DNA of 63,919 nucleotides, filler included, from Chiloscyllium plagiosum (GCF_004010195.1; 5 parts of one record of this genome joined end to end with filler, not necessarily neighbours in it), one strand, 5' to 3'; counted from the first letter of the whole stretch, positions 25,477-39,089 are shown. Program-made: numbers and translations. The notes: generated by a model not told the origin, from the sequence alone.

Positions 25477-25958
25477 GTCATTGAGATGAACAGCACGGAA
25501 ACAAACCCTTTGGTCCAACTTGTCCATGCCGACCAGCACTTGGCCCATATTCATCTAAACCCTTCATATTCATATACCCATACTGATGCCTTTTAAATGT
25601 TGTAATTGTATTAGCCTTCACCACTGCCTCTGGGGCTCAGTCCACACACACACCACCCTTTGTGTGAAAAGGTTGCCCCTTAGGTCCCTTATAAATTTTT
25701 CCCCTTTCACCTTAAACCTATGCCCTCTAGTTCTGGACTCTCCAACCCCAGGGAAAAGACCATGTCTATTTACCCTATCCATGCCCCTCATGATTTTATG
25801 AACCTCAGCCTCCGATGCTCCAGGGAAAACTGCCCAGTCTATTCAGCCTCTCCCTATTGCTCCACCCTGACATCAACCACGTAAATCTTTTCTGAACCCT
25901 TTCAAGTTTCACAACAGCCTTCTGATAGAAGGGAGACCAGAATTGCACACAATATTGA
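25477..25958 (-). mobile_element. CR1 3' fragment
   Basis: High similarity to 12870-13400 and 59671-60150. Confidence 0.88.
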
Positions 25959-28449
25959 GTTAATTCAGGATATAATGCAAAATTTTAAAAATGAGAAAGG
26001 ATGAAAAAGAGACCTAGATTAATATTCTAAATGGGCTGTGGCATGCAAACATCAATCTAACACTTTGAAAGAAATTCCTTAAAATATTGTCAGGTGCCAT
26101 TAAATCCATTGGTGAGTGAGCTGTGTATATAAATTACGATAGGAAACAGGCCATTCCACCTAATAATTCAATGTCAGTCTAAACCCTTTATGTGAGCAAA
26201 TCAAATTTACCAAATCTTTTTCCCTACATCCTATCACATGTTTATCATCCTTCAGTTAAGTCTAACTTTGATTCCAAACATGGTAGCCAAAACACTAACC
26301 TTGGAAATTACTTTCACAGCCTGAAATCTTTTTGTGAAGATATCATCCTTACCCTGTTGCACTTACTTGTTTATTTACGATTATTTGATCTCGGTTACTC
26401 AATTAAGCAATAACTTGCTTCCTTATGTTCTGTATCATTCTTTAATAATTTTATTAATATTGTTCTGAAAAACTCCAAATATTTAATATGACCTCAGACC
26501 AGGCATACATGCATGAATTACAATTAACACATTCTAAAACTTCATACAATCAAGTTAATTTTCTAACTTTTCTTACAAATCAGAATCAAAAATAAAATAC
26601 CATTTAAAACTGACAGTTAATTATTAATGTTGCAATTCCATTGAAATAATTATTTTTATTTGACACATTTGTGGGGCTGAGATTTTGCTTTAAATGCATG
26701 TAATTTGGACTGAAACATTTAATTTCAAATGCTTGTTGAGGTATGTCTCTTTATTACCATGAGAAAGTTTGTATTTTTAAACATTGCCTAAGTCAGCAAA
26801 TTCATAAACAGCACCTCAAGACTTCTGCTGCTGCACAGGAATCCATATTTGAAAAAGAAAATTCACGTGTTAGGGCAAAAACACACACTTGGAAGTCAAC
26901 TGATGGCCATGACTGTACAATGTAGGTTTTGGATGCCTGAGCAAATAAAAGAATTTGCATGAAGTTGAGGAAAGAGACCAAAGGTTTGAAACATAATGAG
27001 TGTCTGGGATATAGTGAGTTTTAAAATGCCGATGGCAATTTTGGAGCTCATTCTTTTGGCAATTTGATCCACAAGGACAATTTTGAATAAGTCTGTCTTC
27101 CTATTTTATAGAATACTATATTTCTGGCTGGAATGGTGTGCAATAGAACAAAAAGTCCATTCAATAGAAATACTTACGTTTTCTGACACATGGGCAGAAG
27201 TTTGGATTACTGTCAGAAGTGGCACTGGAAGTAAGAAGGTCTGATCATTCTCAGCGAGCAGAGTTCCTGGTTACCGGTCCTTGCTCACATCTGGTCATTT
27301 TCATTCCTGGCAGAGTGATGGTGTGACAGATACCCACCTGCAAGCAGAACCTATCTGGCAACTTCAATGTCCTATGAAGCCACTCAGAAGCAAATGTTGA
27401 GTTGGGTTGCAGGCTTGAAGGCAAAACACAGATAGGGGTCAGAAGAGACCTTATGGTAAGAGACTGGGATGAGGGTTTTCAGGCTCCACCCTGCGTAAGA
27501 TGTCTCTTGTCTCTTTACCACAGCCAAGGGCCACATCTGCAACAGCTGGTCGCCCAGTGGAGATACTGCGTCCATCATGAAGCAGCTTTTATCTCTCTCT
27601 TTCAGACACAATCTAAAGCTACTGGCATGACCTTACTGAAGGGCTTTCAAACCTTGGGAGCCTACCTGCCATTGTCAATTAGATGGTGCCCATACTCCCT
27701 GCATGCCCACGATTTTGCTATCCCTATAGAAACTGAATTGGGCGACTGCTAAAATTCTTTGCAGTTGGGACTGGAACATCATTTGAGACTGGGGCTGTCA
27801 AATTCAAAATTAAAATTAAATCCAATGTTTCATATAGTAAACATCCGCATATTTATATTTCCAGATTGTTTTCGCAAATATTGCACTGTAATGACACAAC
27901 AATCACTTACTAACAATTTCATTGATTGAAAACAAGATTTTTAAAAATCTGTATATTTTAGGCACATTGAATAGTTATAGATAATTAAATGCATAAACCT
28001 AACTTGTAGCTATGAAAGTTTAATAATAATGTGTTGCTCAATCTGAGGCACTGTCATTATCTTGTGTCACTTAATACAAGGCTGATTTATCTGGTAAACA
28101 CTTTCTAAGACACAAATAATGGTAGCAAGTGCAATTTATATATTTTAAGCAACTGACAGCTCAATTACCGCTTTTAAAAACAATAGATTTAAAACAATAA
28201 CATCCACAGAAAAATGTATAAATTTCTCCTCCCACAAGCAATATCCTTTGGTAAGGCAGATACACACACCTGATTATTGTGTGTGAATACTATGAAAATA
28301 TTATACATACAAACTGAAGCAAATTTAGGAGCCAATGATCCATTAGACACATAAGCACTTAAATACTTCAAATAAGTCAAGTTCATTGAGCTACAATAAT
28401 TGTGGAGCAATCAATGAGACAGTAAGAGGGGGAGGAAAAGAAACTAGAA

Positions 28450-29170
28450 ATAAGAACTGCAGCTGCTGGAAATCTGAAACAAAACCATAAATTGCTGGAG
28501 AAACTTGCATGTCTGGCAGCATCTATGGAGAGAAAGCAGAGAGTCAAATTTTCAGGTCCAGTGACGCTTCATCAGAATGACTAGTAGTTATGAAAATGTG
28601 GTATATATATTGAAGATAGGTGTTAGAGTTAAAGATTGAGAGGATAGATGGAGACAGGTCCCAGAGGGAGAGAAAGACAGACAGACAAAGGGATGCATAA
28701 TGGTATTCCAAGAAAGGAGAAAAGTTGATAATGAAGGCCGTAAGTAGGTGAAAATGAGTTGGCTGTGCTGATTCCTGATGAAGGGCTTATGCCTGAAACG
28801 TCGATTCTCCTGCTCCTCAGATGCTGCCTGACCTGCTGTGCTTTTCTAGTACCACAGTTTAAACTCTGATCTCCAGCATCTGCAGTCCTCACTTTCTCCC
28901 TATGCTGAAAACAACCAATGTGATGATAAGGGCTGGAGTGTGAAGAAGGTGATGTTCAGGCCATAAAATTAGTAAATTCAATATCGTGACCTAAAGGGTG
29001 CAGGGTCCCCAAGTGGAAAATGAGGCGCTGCTCTTTCAGCTTGCGCTGAGCTTCACTGGAAGTCGGCAGCTGATCAGAGACAAATGTTGACCAGGGAACA
29101 TGGCGGGCTGTTGAAAGGGCAGGCAACTGGAACCTCAGGCTCATTTCTTCTGGACAGAACTTAAGTGTCC
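28450..29170 (-). mobile_element. Older Penelope-like element (GIY-YIG end plus pLTR), host of a mini-insertion
   Basis: ORF 28956-29303 ends SSEAQRKLKEQRLIFHLGTLHPLGHDIEF. Minus-strand CUGAUGA...GAAA hammerhead remnant at about 28545-28578. Confidence 0.8.
28772..28899 (+). mobile_element. 128-bp solo pLTR / hammerhead mini-element
   Basis: CTGATGA(28775)-AGGGCTTATGCCT-GAAACGTC(28795-28802)...CTCACTTTCTCC, flanked by CTGTGCTGA (28763-28771) and CTATGCTGA (28900-28908). Confidence 0.75.
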
Positions 29171-29189
29171 TTAAAGTAATAATGAAAAC

Positions 29190-29335
29190 TGGTGGTGACG
29201 TGGTAATGCCACTAGACCAGCAATCAAAAATACTAAGGCAATGTGCTGACAACAAGGTTTGAATCCCACCATGACAGATGATGAAATTGGAATGCAAAAA
29301 CATTTTGAATCGAAAAGCTAATTTAATTGATTGTT
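29190..29335 (+). mobile_element. Second SINE family 5' part
   Basis: GTGGTAATGCCACTAGACCAG...GGTTTGAATCCCACCATGACAGATG. Confidence 0.6.
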
Positions 29336-29354
29336 GAAATTTATTTGCAGCAAG

Positions 29355-31600
29355 TCATTGAAATATACAGCATGGAAACAGACTCTTTGGTCCATCTCAT
29401 TCAGACCAACTAGATATCCGAAATAAATTTAGTCCCATTTGCCACTACATGGCCCATATCCATCTAAAGGGAGGAAGAGTTTGAGAATGTGGCTGAAGAG
29501 CTTCTGTGCAGAGGAGATGACCTGGGGGGTGCAGTGAGAGAGGGACTCATTGAAATCCTTGTAGAGGGAGGAAGAGGGTGCAGTGAGAGAGGGACTCACT
29601 GAAATCCTTGTAGAGNNNNNNNNNNNNNNNNNNNNNNNNNNNNNNNNNNNNNNNNNNNNNNNNNNNNNNNNNNNNNNNNNNNNNNNNNNNNNNNNNNNNN
29701 NNNNNNNNNNNNNNNNNNNNNNNNNNNNNNNNNNNNNNNNNNNNNNNNNNNNNNNNNNNNNNNNNNNNNNNNNNNNNNNNNNNNNNNNNNNNNNNNNNNN
29801 NNNNNNNNNNNNNNNNNNNNNNNNNNNNNNNNNNNNNNNNNNNNNNNNNNNNNNNNNNNNNNNNNNNNNNNNNNNNNNNNNNNNNNNNNNNNCTCCTGTT
29901 CCCTGGATGCTGCCTGACCTGCTGCGCTTTTCCAGCAACACATTTCCAGCTCCATATCCATCTAAACCCTTCCTATTCATACACCCATGCCGATGACTTT
30001 TAAATATTGTAATTGTGCCAGCCTTTGCCACTTCCTCTGGCAGCTCATTCCATATACACACCACTCTCTACCTGAAAAACTTGCCCCTGAGGTTCTTTTA
30101 TATCTTTCCTCTCTCACCCTAAACCTGTGCCCTGTAGTTTTGGACTCCCCCACTCCAGGGAAAAGACCTTGTCTATTTACCATACCCATGCCCCTCATGA
30201 TTTTATAAACCTCTATCAGGTCACCCCTCAGCCTCCAATGCTCCAGAGAAAACAGCCCCAAACTATTCAGTCTCTCCCTATAGCTCAAACCCTTCAACCC
30301 TGGCAACAGTTTTGTCAACCTTTTCTGAACCCTTTCAAGTTTCACAACAACCTTCCAATAGCAGGAAGACCAGAATTGAATGCAGGCTTCCAATAATGGC
30401 TTAACAAATGTCCTGGACAGCTGCAACATGACCTCCCAACTCCTATGTTTAATGCACTGACCAATAAAGACAAGTACACCAAATGACTTTTTCACTATCC
30501 TATCGACCTGTGACTTCACTTTCAAGAAACAGTGACTGCACTCCAAGGTCTTGTTGTTCTGTAACACTCTCCAGGACCTTACCATTGAGTGCATATATCA
30601 TGCCCTGTTTTACCTTTCCAAAATGCAGATCCTTGCAATTATCTAAAGTAAACCCCACCTGGCATTCCTTGGCCTATTGGCCCATCTGATCAAGACCCCA
30701 TTGTACTCTTGGGTAACCTTCTTGGCTGTCCAGTACACCTCCAATTTTCGTATCATCTGCAAACTTACGAACCATATCTCCTATGTTCACATCAAAATCA
30801 TTTATATCAATGACAAAAAGCAATGGAATCAGCACTGATCCTTGCAGCAACCACAGGTCACAGGTCTCCAGTCTGAAAAGCAACCTTCCACCACCACCCT
30901 GTCTTCTACCAGTGAGTCAATTCTGTATCCATATAGCTTGCTCTTCATATATTCCAGTGATCTAAACTTGCGAACCAGTCTATCATGAAAAACTTTGTTG
31001 AATGCCTTATTGACGTCCATTTAGATCACATCCACTGTTCCACTGTCAGCAATCCTCTTCATTACCACTTCAAAAAACTCAATTAAGTTAGTGGACATGA
31101 TTTCCCATGAACAAAGCCACGCGAACTATTCGTAATCAGTCCTTGCCTTTCCAAATACATGTAAAGCCTGTCTCAGACTTTCCTCCAACAACTTGCCAAC
31201 CACTAATGTCAGACTTACCAGTCTATAGTTCCCTGACTTTTCCTTATCACCTTTCTTAAATAGTGGCACCACTTTAGCCAACCTCCAGTCTTCCTCTGAC
31301 TATCCATGATACAAATATCTCAGCAAATGGCCCAGTAATCTCTTTATCGTTTCCCACAGAGTTCTGGGTTCATCAGATAAAGTCCAGGCGTCTATACACC
31401 TTAATGTGTTTTAAGGTGTCCAGCACCTCCTCCTCTGTAATGTGGACATTTTTCAAGATGCTGCTATTTAATTCCCCACATTCTAGATTTTCCTTATCCT
31501 TCTCCACTGTAAAAACTGATGCGAAATACTCGTTTAGCATCTCCCCCATGTCCTACATTTCCACACATAGGCAGCCTTGCTGATCTTTAAGGAGTCGTAT
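29355..31600 (-). mobile_element. CR1 LINE ORF2 3' half
   Basis: NKAFNKVFHDRL, QGSVLIPLLF, RKFADDTKIGG, LERVQKRLTKLLPGL, LRGDLIEVYKIMRG. Confidence 0.92.
29469..29951. mobile_element. Penelope-like insertion into CR1 with 15-bp TSD (spans a gap)
   Basis: CCATATCCATCTAAA at 29454-29468 and 29952-29966. The left part appears to be PLE ORF on the minus strand; the right part is a pLTR end on the plus strand. Confidence 0.7.
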
Positions 31601-31601
31601 T

Positions 31602-32420
31602 TTAGAACATAGAACATTGAAAAATACAGCGCAGTACAGGCCCTTTGGCCCTCGATGTTGCGCCGATCCAAGCCCACCTAACCTACACTAGCCCACTATC
31701 CTCCATATGCCTATCCAATGCCCATTTAAATGCCCATAAAGAGGGAGAGTCCACCACTGCTACTGGCAGGGCATTCCATGAACTCACAACTCGCTGAGTA
31801 AAGAATCTACCCCTAACATCTGTCCTATACCTACCACCCCTTAATTTAAAGCTATGCCCCCTCGTAATAGCTAACTCTATACGTGGAAAAAGGTTCTCAT
31901 GGTCAACCCTATCTAAACCCCTAATCATCTTGCACACCTCTATCAAGTCACCCNNNNNNNNNNNNNNNNNNNNNNNNNNNNNNNNNNNNNNNNNNNNTTA
32001 ATTAATTAANNNNNNNNNNNNNNNNNNNNNNNNNNNNNNNNNNNNNNNNNNNNAGATAGCTGAGATCTCCTTACAAGTTTGTTTCTCAATTTCCCTCTAT
32101 TAGGGGGTCTGTAATACAATCCCAATAAGGTGATCATTCCTTTCTTATTTCTCAGTTCCATCCAAATAACTTCCCTGGATGTATTTCTGGGAATATCCTC
32201 CGTCAGCACATCTGTAATGCTCTGTCTTCTCAAAAATGCCACTCCCCCTCCTCTCTTGCCTCCCTGTCTATCCTTTCTGTAGCATTTATATCCTGGAACA
32301 TTAAGCTGCCAGTCCTGCCCATCCCTGAGCCATGTTTCTGTAATTGCTATGATACCCCAGTCCCATGTTCTTAACCATACCCTGAGTTAATCTGCCTTCC
32401 CTGTTAGGCCCCTTGCAGTA
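31602..32420 (-). mobile_element. CR1 pieces either side of a gap (3' end of a second subfamily; endonuclease region)
   Basis: TRGHSFKLRGGRYRTDVRGRFFTQRVVSSWNALP and EVIWMELRNKKGMITLLGLYYRPPN. Confidence 0.85.
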
Positions 32421-32689
32421 ACCTAGCTGTTGCCTGACAGTCATCCAGTCCAGACTTCTCCTGTCCATGCTGAGTTTTTGTTTTTCTCAGCTCCAGATCA
32501 GCACTGTTAGTGTTCCTCAGGATAGATCCTAGGCCCAAGACTGATGTTCCATCAGTCATATGGTCAGAAATAGAAATTGTTCTCACAATGCCACCAGCAC
32601 GTGCAGTCATTCCCCATTTACATTCTCTGTCTTGTTATATAGGTTTCAAAATTTATGGTTTGCAGGAACTAGCCACCTCCTCTTCAACA

Positions 32690-33090
32690 TGACAATGTAA
32701 CAACTCTATATTCACATTCTCCATGAGGATGTTCTTAGAAGGACTGAACCATCCCATCCAGCATCTACCTACACTTCCGTCTGGTCAAGTTTGTCTTCAC
32801 TTGGAATAACTTCTCCTTTAACTCCTCATGTTGTCTTCAGATCAAAGCTGTGACTATGAGTTCATGCAGCCCAGTCAGCCTGTCTCTTTGTGGACCGTGT
32901 GAAACATTTCTTGTTCCAGTCCTATTCAGGTCCCTCCCTGTCGTTCTTTGCCTGGTACATCATTGGTGCTATTTCCTTCTCTCATCAGTAGTTCTGACAA
33001 AGGGTCACCGGACTGGAAGCATTAACTTTACTTTATCTCCATGGATGCTGCCAGAACTACTGAGTTTCTTCAGCAAATCTTGTTTTTGAT
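32690..33090 (+). mobile_element. Degenerate Penelope-like 3' end
   Basis: GTTCTGACAAAGGGTCACCGGACTGGAAGCATTAAC...GATGCTGCCAGA, a decayed hammerhead pLTR. Confidence 0.5.
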
Positions 33091-33445
33091 TGTTTCACAA
33101 ATAGTGATGTTCACTGAAGATTGCACTTATAACACTTCAGAGACAGAAGTCATTTTTGCCAGTGTACAGCAAGACCTCAGTAACATTTGGGCTTGGGGAT
33201 GATAATTGGCAAGTCACATTTGTGTCACACAAGTGTCTGACAAAGTGTCTCACATTGGCAGGCTACAACTAGTCAGTTAGTACAAAGATCAGTATTTGAG
33301 CTTCAGGTGTTCATGATTGTTGAATTTAATTTGTTTTGTTGTCATGTACTCGAATGAGTACAGTGAAAAGTTGGTAAGTCACCACTTATAGCAACATCTT
33401 AGGTCCAAGTTCTTCAGTTACAAGATTAATTTCAGTAGAATGATC

Positions 33446-33785
33446 ATAGAATCCCTACAGTGTGGAAACAGGCCCTTCAGCTCAACAAGTCCACACCAAC
33501 TCTCTGAAGAGTAACCCACCCAGACCCATTCCCCTACCCTATTACTCTACATTTACCCCTGAATATTGCACAAAACCTACATATTCCTGAACACTATAGC
33601 GTGGCCAGTTCACCTAACCGGCACGTCTTTGGATTGCGGGAGGAATCCAGAACACCCGGAGGAAACCCATGCAGACACGGGGAGAATATGCAAACTCCAC
33701 ACGGACAGACCCCCTAGGATTGAATTGCATCCGGGTCCCTGCTGCTGTGAGGCAGCAGTGCTAACCACTGAGCCACCGTATTGCC
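33446..33785 (-). mobile_element. HE1-type SINE
   Basis: Reverse-complement match to the HE1 copies. Confidence 0.9.
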
Positions 33786-34511
33786 AACATGTCACCATCT
33801 TCAGTACAGAGTAATTAGGTACAATCTTTAGTTCCAGAATAGAGAAATGAAGAAATAAAGTTATATTACAGCTATACCTAGTATAACCATAGGTCAGAAA
33901 AACAAGAAATTAAAAAGACAAACATCACAATCTTACTCCAAGGGCTCTCCACAGCAGACCAGAGCAGGGGTTCTCTACATGATGTGACTGCAGGCTGTCG
34001 CTACACACCACACCAGGACACAGCCTCCATTTTGCACTGGGCAGCTGGTGTCCTCATTGGCATTCCCTGCTCTGGAGGTCAGGGGTCAGAAGGTGAAGGC
34101 TGGGTATCCCCTTCTGTTATAGTTATAACTAACTTCAAACACATTAATTTTTAAACTTTACCAAAAAGTACTGTGATTTTGAGTAGTCTGCCTCCCCCGC
34201 TGGGGAATTGACCTCGGAAACAGCGGGAATCAGCACCTATCGAGATTGGCTGCTTATTGGTCAGTCCCCACACTGCATAAAATCAAACAAAGTCACAAGG
34301 AAGTTTAACTCCATGACCTTCCAACAGGTGGGAAAATGATCCAATAAGAAAAGTTACAATTTGGAGGAAAAATTGAGGGGCCGGAGTTGTAAAGCCAAAC
34401 CCCTCAGTTCTGTGTTTATAGTCAACAGCTCAAGCCTGAGCAGTGAGGTCTGAGAAAGGACTACTCCCAGAGAGGACACACTCACCGTGAATGCTCACTT
34501 GATTGGGATGC

Positions 34512-34835
34512 ATAGAGTCATAGAGTCATAGAGATGTATAGTACGGAAACAGACCCTTCAATCCAATCCGTCCATGCCGACCAGATATCCCAACCTAATC
34601 TAGTCCCACCCACCAGCACCCAGCCCATATCCCTCCAAACCTTTCCTATTCATATACCCATCCAAATGCCTTTTAAATGTTGCAGGTGCACCAACCTCCA
34701 CCCACATTCTCTGGCAGCTCATTTCATACACGTACCACCTTCTGCATGAAAAGGTTGCCTCTTAGATCCCTTTTATATTTTGCCCCTCTCATCCTAAACC
34801 TATGGCCTTTAGTTCTGGACTCCCCAAACCCAGGG
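34512..34835 (-). mobile_element. CR1 3' end with (CATAGAGT)n tail
   Basis: CATAGAGTCATAGAGTCATAGAG octamer tail followed by CR1 3' sequence. Confidence 0.9.
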
Positions 34836-37599
34836 AGCAAAGAACAGATAAACTGTGACTGGAGCAGCAAATGTCCAACTAAATTTGTTGAGGAACCATA
34901 TCATGAGGGTCTGATTTGTAGGATACCATGAGGAAACTGCCTGGAAGAAGGAACCATCCAACTCATTAACTCAATCAAAGGTTTCAACTCTTTCCTCACC
35001 AACCTGTTAGAGAGCTGCTCACACAGGTTTAGCACATTCAGGGGTCAAAATTGCTCACCTGAGATTGAAATACTCAGTCCAGTCACGTAGATTACCACTC
35101 TTTCACTCTTTAAGCAAACATCTAACTCCCACTCCTCACCTTTTATCTTATTTGTCAGATTCAAGTGCTGGGAGAAGGAGATTTTGGGGTAATAGCCAAG
35201 ACAGTTTGTGATTTTGAGCATTTTTATTATTGCCATTCTTAGAATTTTGTAAAGTACCCTTCTTTAATAATAAATAGTTAATCCCATTTTCCATAAAACA
35301 AATGGTGTCAGAAGTCTTTGTGGTAAGCATAGCTTAGGGGTAGTAAATTGACAGACGGGTCAATTAGGATAAGTTTTTGTGATAACTTCACAACACTTGC
35401 ATCACATGACAGAGATTCATGGTTCTCCACTTTGTGTTTGTCTGTGTAGTTAATTCAGCATCTGTGTTGCAACATACATCATCGCTGTGGTGACCAAATG
35501 TAACATTTCCACATTTGCGGATAATACAAAGCTTCCATTGCATTACTCCTGAAAGTATTGTTCAAAATTATTGTCTGTATTGAATTGCAGACATTCAGAC
35601 TGACAGGGTTGATATAGACATTTCCCCTTTCTAATGAGTCTGAAATGAGGAGTAAGTTTTTGGAATTCTGTACCTCAGAGGGATGTGGTAGCTGATTTAT
35701 CAAGCAAGTGCAAGAGAGAAATCTACAAATTTTTGAAGATTTATGTATCAGGGAATTTGGAGATCATGTGCTAAAGTGGCATTGAGGTAGATGATCAGCT
35801 AAGACCTAGTGAATGACAAAGCAATCTCTACGGGCTGAATGGCCAACTATTCCAGTGTTCCTGTGAGACCAGATTGGCGCTGTATAATGAACGATGCACT
35901 ATTCAAGTGAAAGCAGACACAATGGAGCAACTGTCCTCCTCCTGAGCTGTGATGTCTAACACGCAAGTAAATTACATAATCTGTTTTATTTAATTTCCTT
36001 TTGCTTGTTTTCTTATACTGGAGAGTCCATGTGAAAACTTTATTAGTGCTGACTTTCTTTATGGCAAGCTCAAATCGTAAAGCTTAACTCAATCAATTCC
36101 TTCAATGTTGTATCAACTCACAAACATTTTAGCAGGACAACTCAGGAAAAAAAGTACCTTTGTGATTTACTCTGATGCAATTCTGAAGTTGACAGTTCCT
36201 CCATCTTGTGTTGCCTAATTTTTTTCTTTCATGAAACAGTGCCTTAAATGCTTAGTCACCAGAACATCCAGTTTCCTGTTTATCACATTCCATTTTTAAA
36301 CTGGCAACAGCTTTTGTTTGGAGATGTGGATGATGTCACAGTTTAATGTGGCTATTGAATACTTTAAACAGGTGGTTACCAAATTGGTACAACTACTCTT
36401 TTACTAGCTTTACCATTCTGCTTTTATTATATCTCTTGCAATCTCACATGAAGGAGAAATAATACAATGCATTCACAATCACTGCATTTGATTTAAAACA
36501 GCATGAGTTGCAAGACACATCTTTCCTTTATCGTTTTATGCAGTGATTGGGCATTTGGTGAAGTAATTTTAATTTTTACTCTTACTTTCTCATTGAATAA
36601 TATGATCAAGCCATCATACATTAATGCACCTGTACATTTCAGTGGTTGTCCCTTGAGGAAAATAACCTTCTCGTACTGATGAATTAAGAAACAGATTTTT
36701 TGATCTTACTGTTCAAGCTGCTGGCTATGCACACACCCATGCTCAGTACAGTTCATCCCTCTGAAATTACTCAATTGACCTGATGAAATAGGCAATTCCA
36801 GTTTATTTTGTGGGTATATGTGCTTACTGGAAGGTCGCCGAGCTGGTGTTTTTATGTTGGCAGTTGTGGAAGTGAAGGAATGGAGATGATTTCGGATAGG
36901 GGCTGTGTGGTTTATTTCCATCAGTCATTTAACTGTATGGTGAACACTGAAATAGAATTGACCAAATCAGGAAACATGGGATTTTTGACTGCTACAATGA
37001 TCAAGATTGTAAAATACTGTAGCTGGCAGATCTACGTAGGTGATTATAAGAATTGAGGCAGTAGGTATTTATTATCATTAATTTAACAAAAATGGAAATT
37101 ATACTGTAAAAAGTAAATGTAGTCCTGATGGGGCTGCAGAATGAATAAATTTTAATGTACCACACTCCAAAGCAGACTATAAACAAATTTTAATAAAAGC
37201 ATCTTTACCTTTTAAAACTTCTTCCACACAAAGAATTTTATATTTATGGACTAAACATAACCCACAATTCCCTTTTGAAGGATAGGAAATTACACAAAGA
37301 ACCATAGGGATAATTTTCTGAATTTCCTACCACAGGAGACAGGTACGTCTACTGAGATCACATATCAGAAGTCCAGTACATTAGACACTATGATCAGAAT
37401 TGAATCAAGGTCTCATCCACTAGTTGGAGAAGCAAGCTAGCAGGGGATACAACCACCATCTTCTCACCAGATTAAATGTGCACTCATTCCAAAAGTCACC
37501 ATGGAGGGGTGGGGTGGGTGACGACACTAAATTCTATCCAATGTTTTCAATGTTGTTTAACTGGATGAAATATCATGCATAAAAAGTTTTTTTTTTAAA

Positions 37600-38032
37600 T
37601 AGCTTGTCTGGCCATCAACGGCTGCCTATCATTTATTTGTCCTCCCTAGCTGCTCTCGAACTGATTGGCTTGGTAGGCCATTTCAGAGGGCAGAGTCAAG
37701 ATTAGTGTGGCGCTGGTAAAGCACTGCAGGTCAGGCAGCATCTGAAGAGCAGGAAAATCGATGTTTCAGCAAAAGCTCATTTCAGAAGACAGTTGAGAAT
37801 GAACCACACTGCTTTGGGTCTGGAGTTATATGCAGGCCAGACAGGTGAGGATGGCAGATTTTCTTCCTTGAAGAACATAAGTGTACCAGATGCATACATT
37901 TTTAATTTTAATTATTTTTGTTAAATTCAAATTCTATCATCTGTCTTGGCAGGATTCAAATACAGGGTCCCCAGAATATCAACTGAGTTTCTGAATTACT
38001 ATTCTAGCAATAATACCACGAGGCCATCGTCT
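37600..38032 (-). mobile_element. Second SINE family copy carrying a PLE mini-insertion
   Basis: TTCAAATTCTATCATCTGTCTTGGCAGGATTCAAATACAGGGTCCCCAGAA; interrupted at 37694-37777. Confidence 0.65.
37694..37777 (-). mobile_element. 84-bp PLE pLTR mini-insertion
   Basis: Minus strand GAAACATCGATTTTCCTGCTCTTCAGATGCTGCCTGACCTG, flanked by CATTTCAGAGGGCAG and CATTTCAGAAGACAG (13/15 identical). Confidence 0.6.
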
Positions 38033-38365
38033 CACCACTTACACAAAATGCTCCTGCTAGACAAACATACATGAGTAATAGGCAGCCAAGCTTCTTTAAT
38101 ATAATTCAGCTGGGCCAGTGTTATGACTAGACCTGAAGCAAAGTTCCCCAATTTATTAGGATACCAGATGGAATACACCGAATGGCCATAAGACTGTAAG
38201 ACATGAGAGTGGAAGTAAGGCCATTCAGTCCATTGAGTCCAATCTGCCATTCAATCATGGCTGATTGGCATTTCAATGCCCCCTTCCTTCACTCTCCCCG
38301 TATCAATATGGCAATCATACTATGCTGTATAAATATTGAGATCTCGCAATTGGAAGACTAGGTTT

Positions 38366-38680
38366 TTAGATTAGATTCCCTACAGCGTGGAACCAGGCCC
38401 TTCGGCCCAACCAGTCCGCACCGACCCTCCAAAGAGTAACCCACCCAGACCCACTTCCCTCTGACTAATGCACCGATCACTACGGGCAATTTAGCATGGC
38501 TAAATCACCTGACCTGCACATCTTTGGATTGTGGGAGGGAACCGGAGCACCCGGAGAAAACCCACACAGACACGAGGAGAATGTGCAAACTCCACACAGA
38601 CAGACACCCGAGGATGGAATCGAATCTGGGACCCTTTTGCTGTGAGGCAGCAGTGCTAACCACTGAGCCACCGTGCTGCC
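38366..38680 (-). mobile_element. HE1-type SINE
   Basis: Minus-strand GGCAGCACGGTGGCTCAGTGG A-box and GATTCGATTCC B-box, with HE1 core and tail. Confidence 0.9.
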
Positions 38681-39089
38681 CATATATATATATAATATAT
38701 TAATAATGTATTTTAGGTGCAGAGAGACCCAGGAACAGGATTGAAGAGAGCCCAGGAAATGGGGTGAGAGGTCTTGTGGACTGTGTGTAGATCTGGGTAC
38801 AGCAGGGGAGTGAGAAAACAAGACCCCTAGGTGGAGATTAGGAGCATGCAGAGATATAATGGAATGTGAGAGAGGGAGATGAGGCCGAGAGATTATGGCA
38901 AGGGCTGTGTTAAATAGTTTTACGTTTATTTCAAAATCTGACTCTGCCATAGAACAATTATAGCACTGACTGTAGATATTTCCCCCCTGACCAATCCAAG
39001 GACGTCATTGGCTGGCTGCTTTATTTAATACCCATTCTTGACTTCAGTTACAAAGTTTAAAAGTGGAAGTCCTGCACTGCTGTACACTG

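Noticed and set aside
29527..29615. About 40-bp duplication GGGTGCAGTGAGAGAGGGACTCA...GTAGAG
   Set aside because: It abuts a long N gap and is likely an artefact.
23525..36790. Possible host exons (e.g. TTTTCAG at 23529-23535; minus-strand GTAAG donor near 36705)
   Set aside because: Translations are short, unrecognisable or stopped, and no consistent exon chain could be built.
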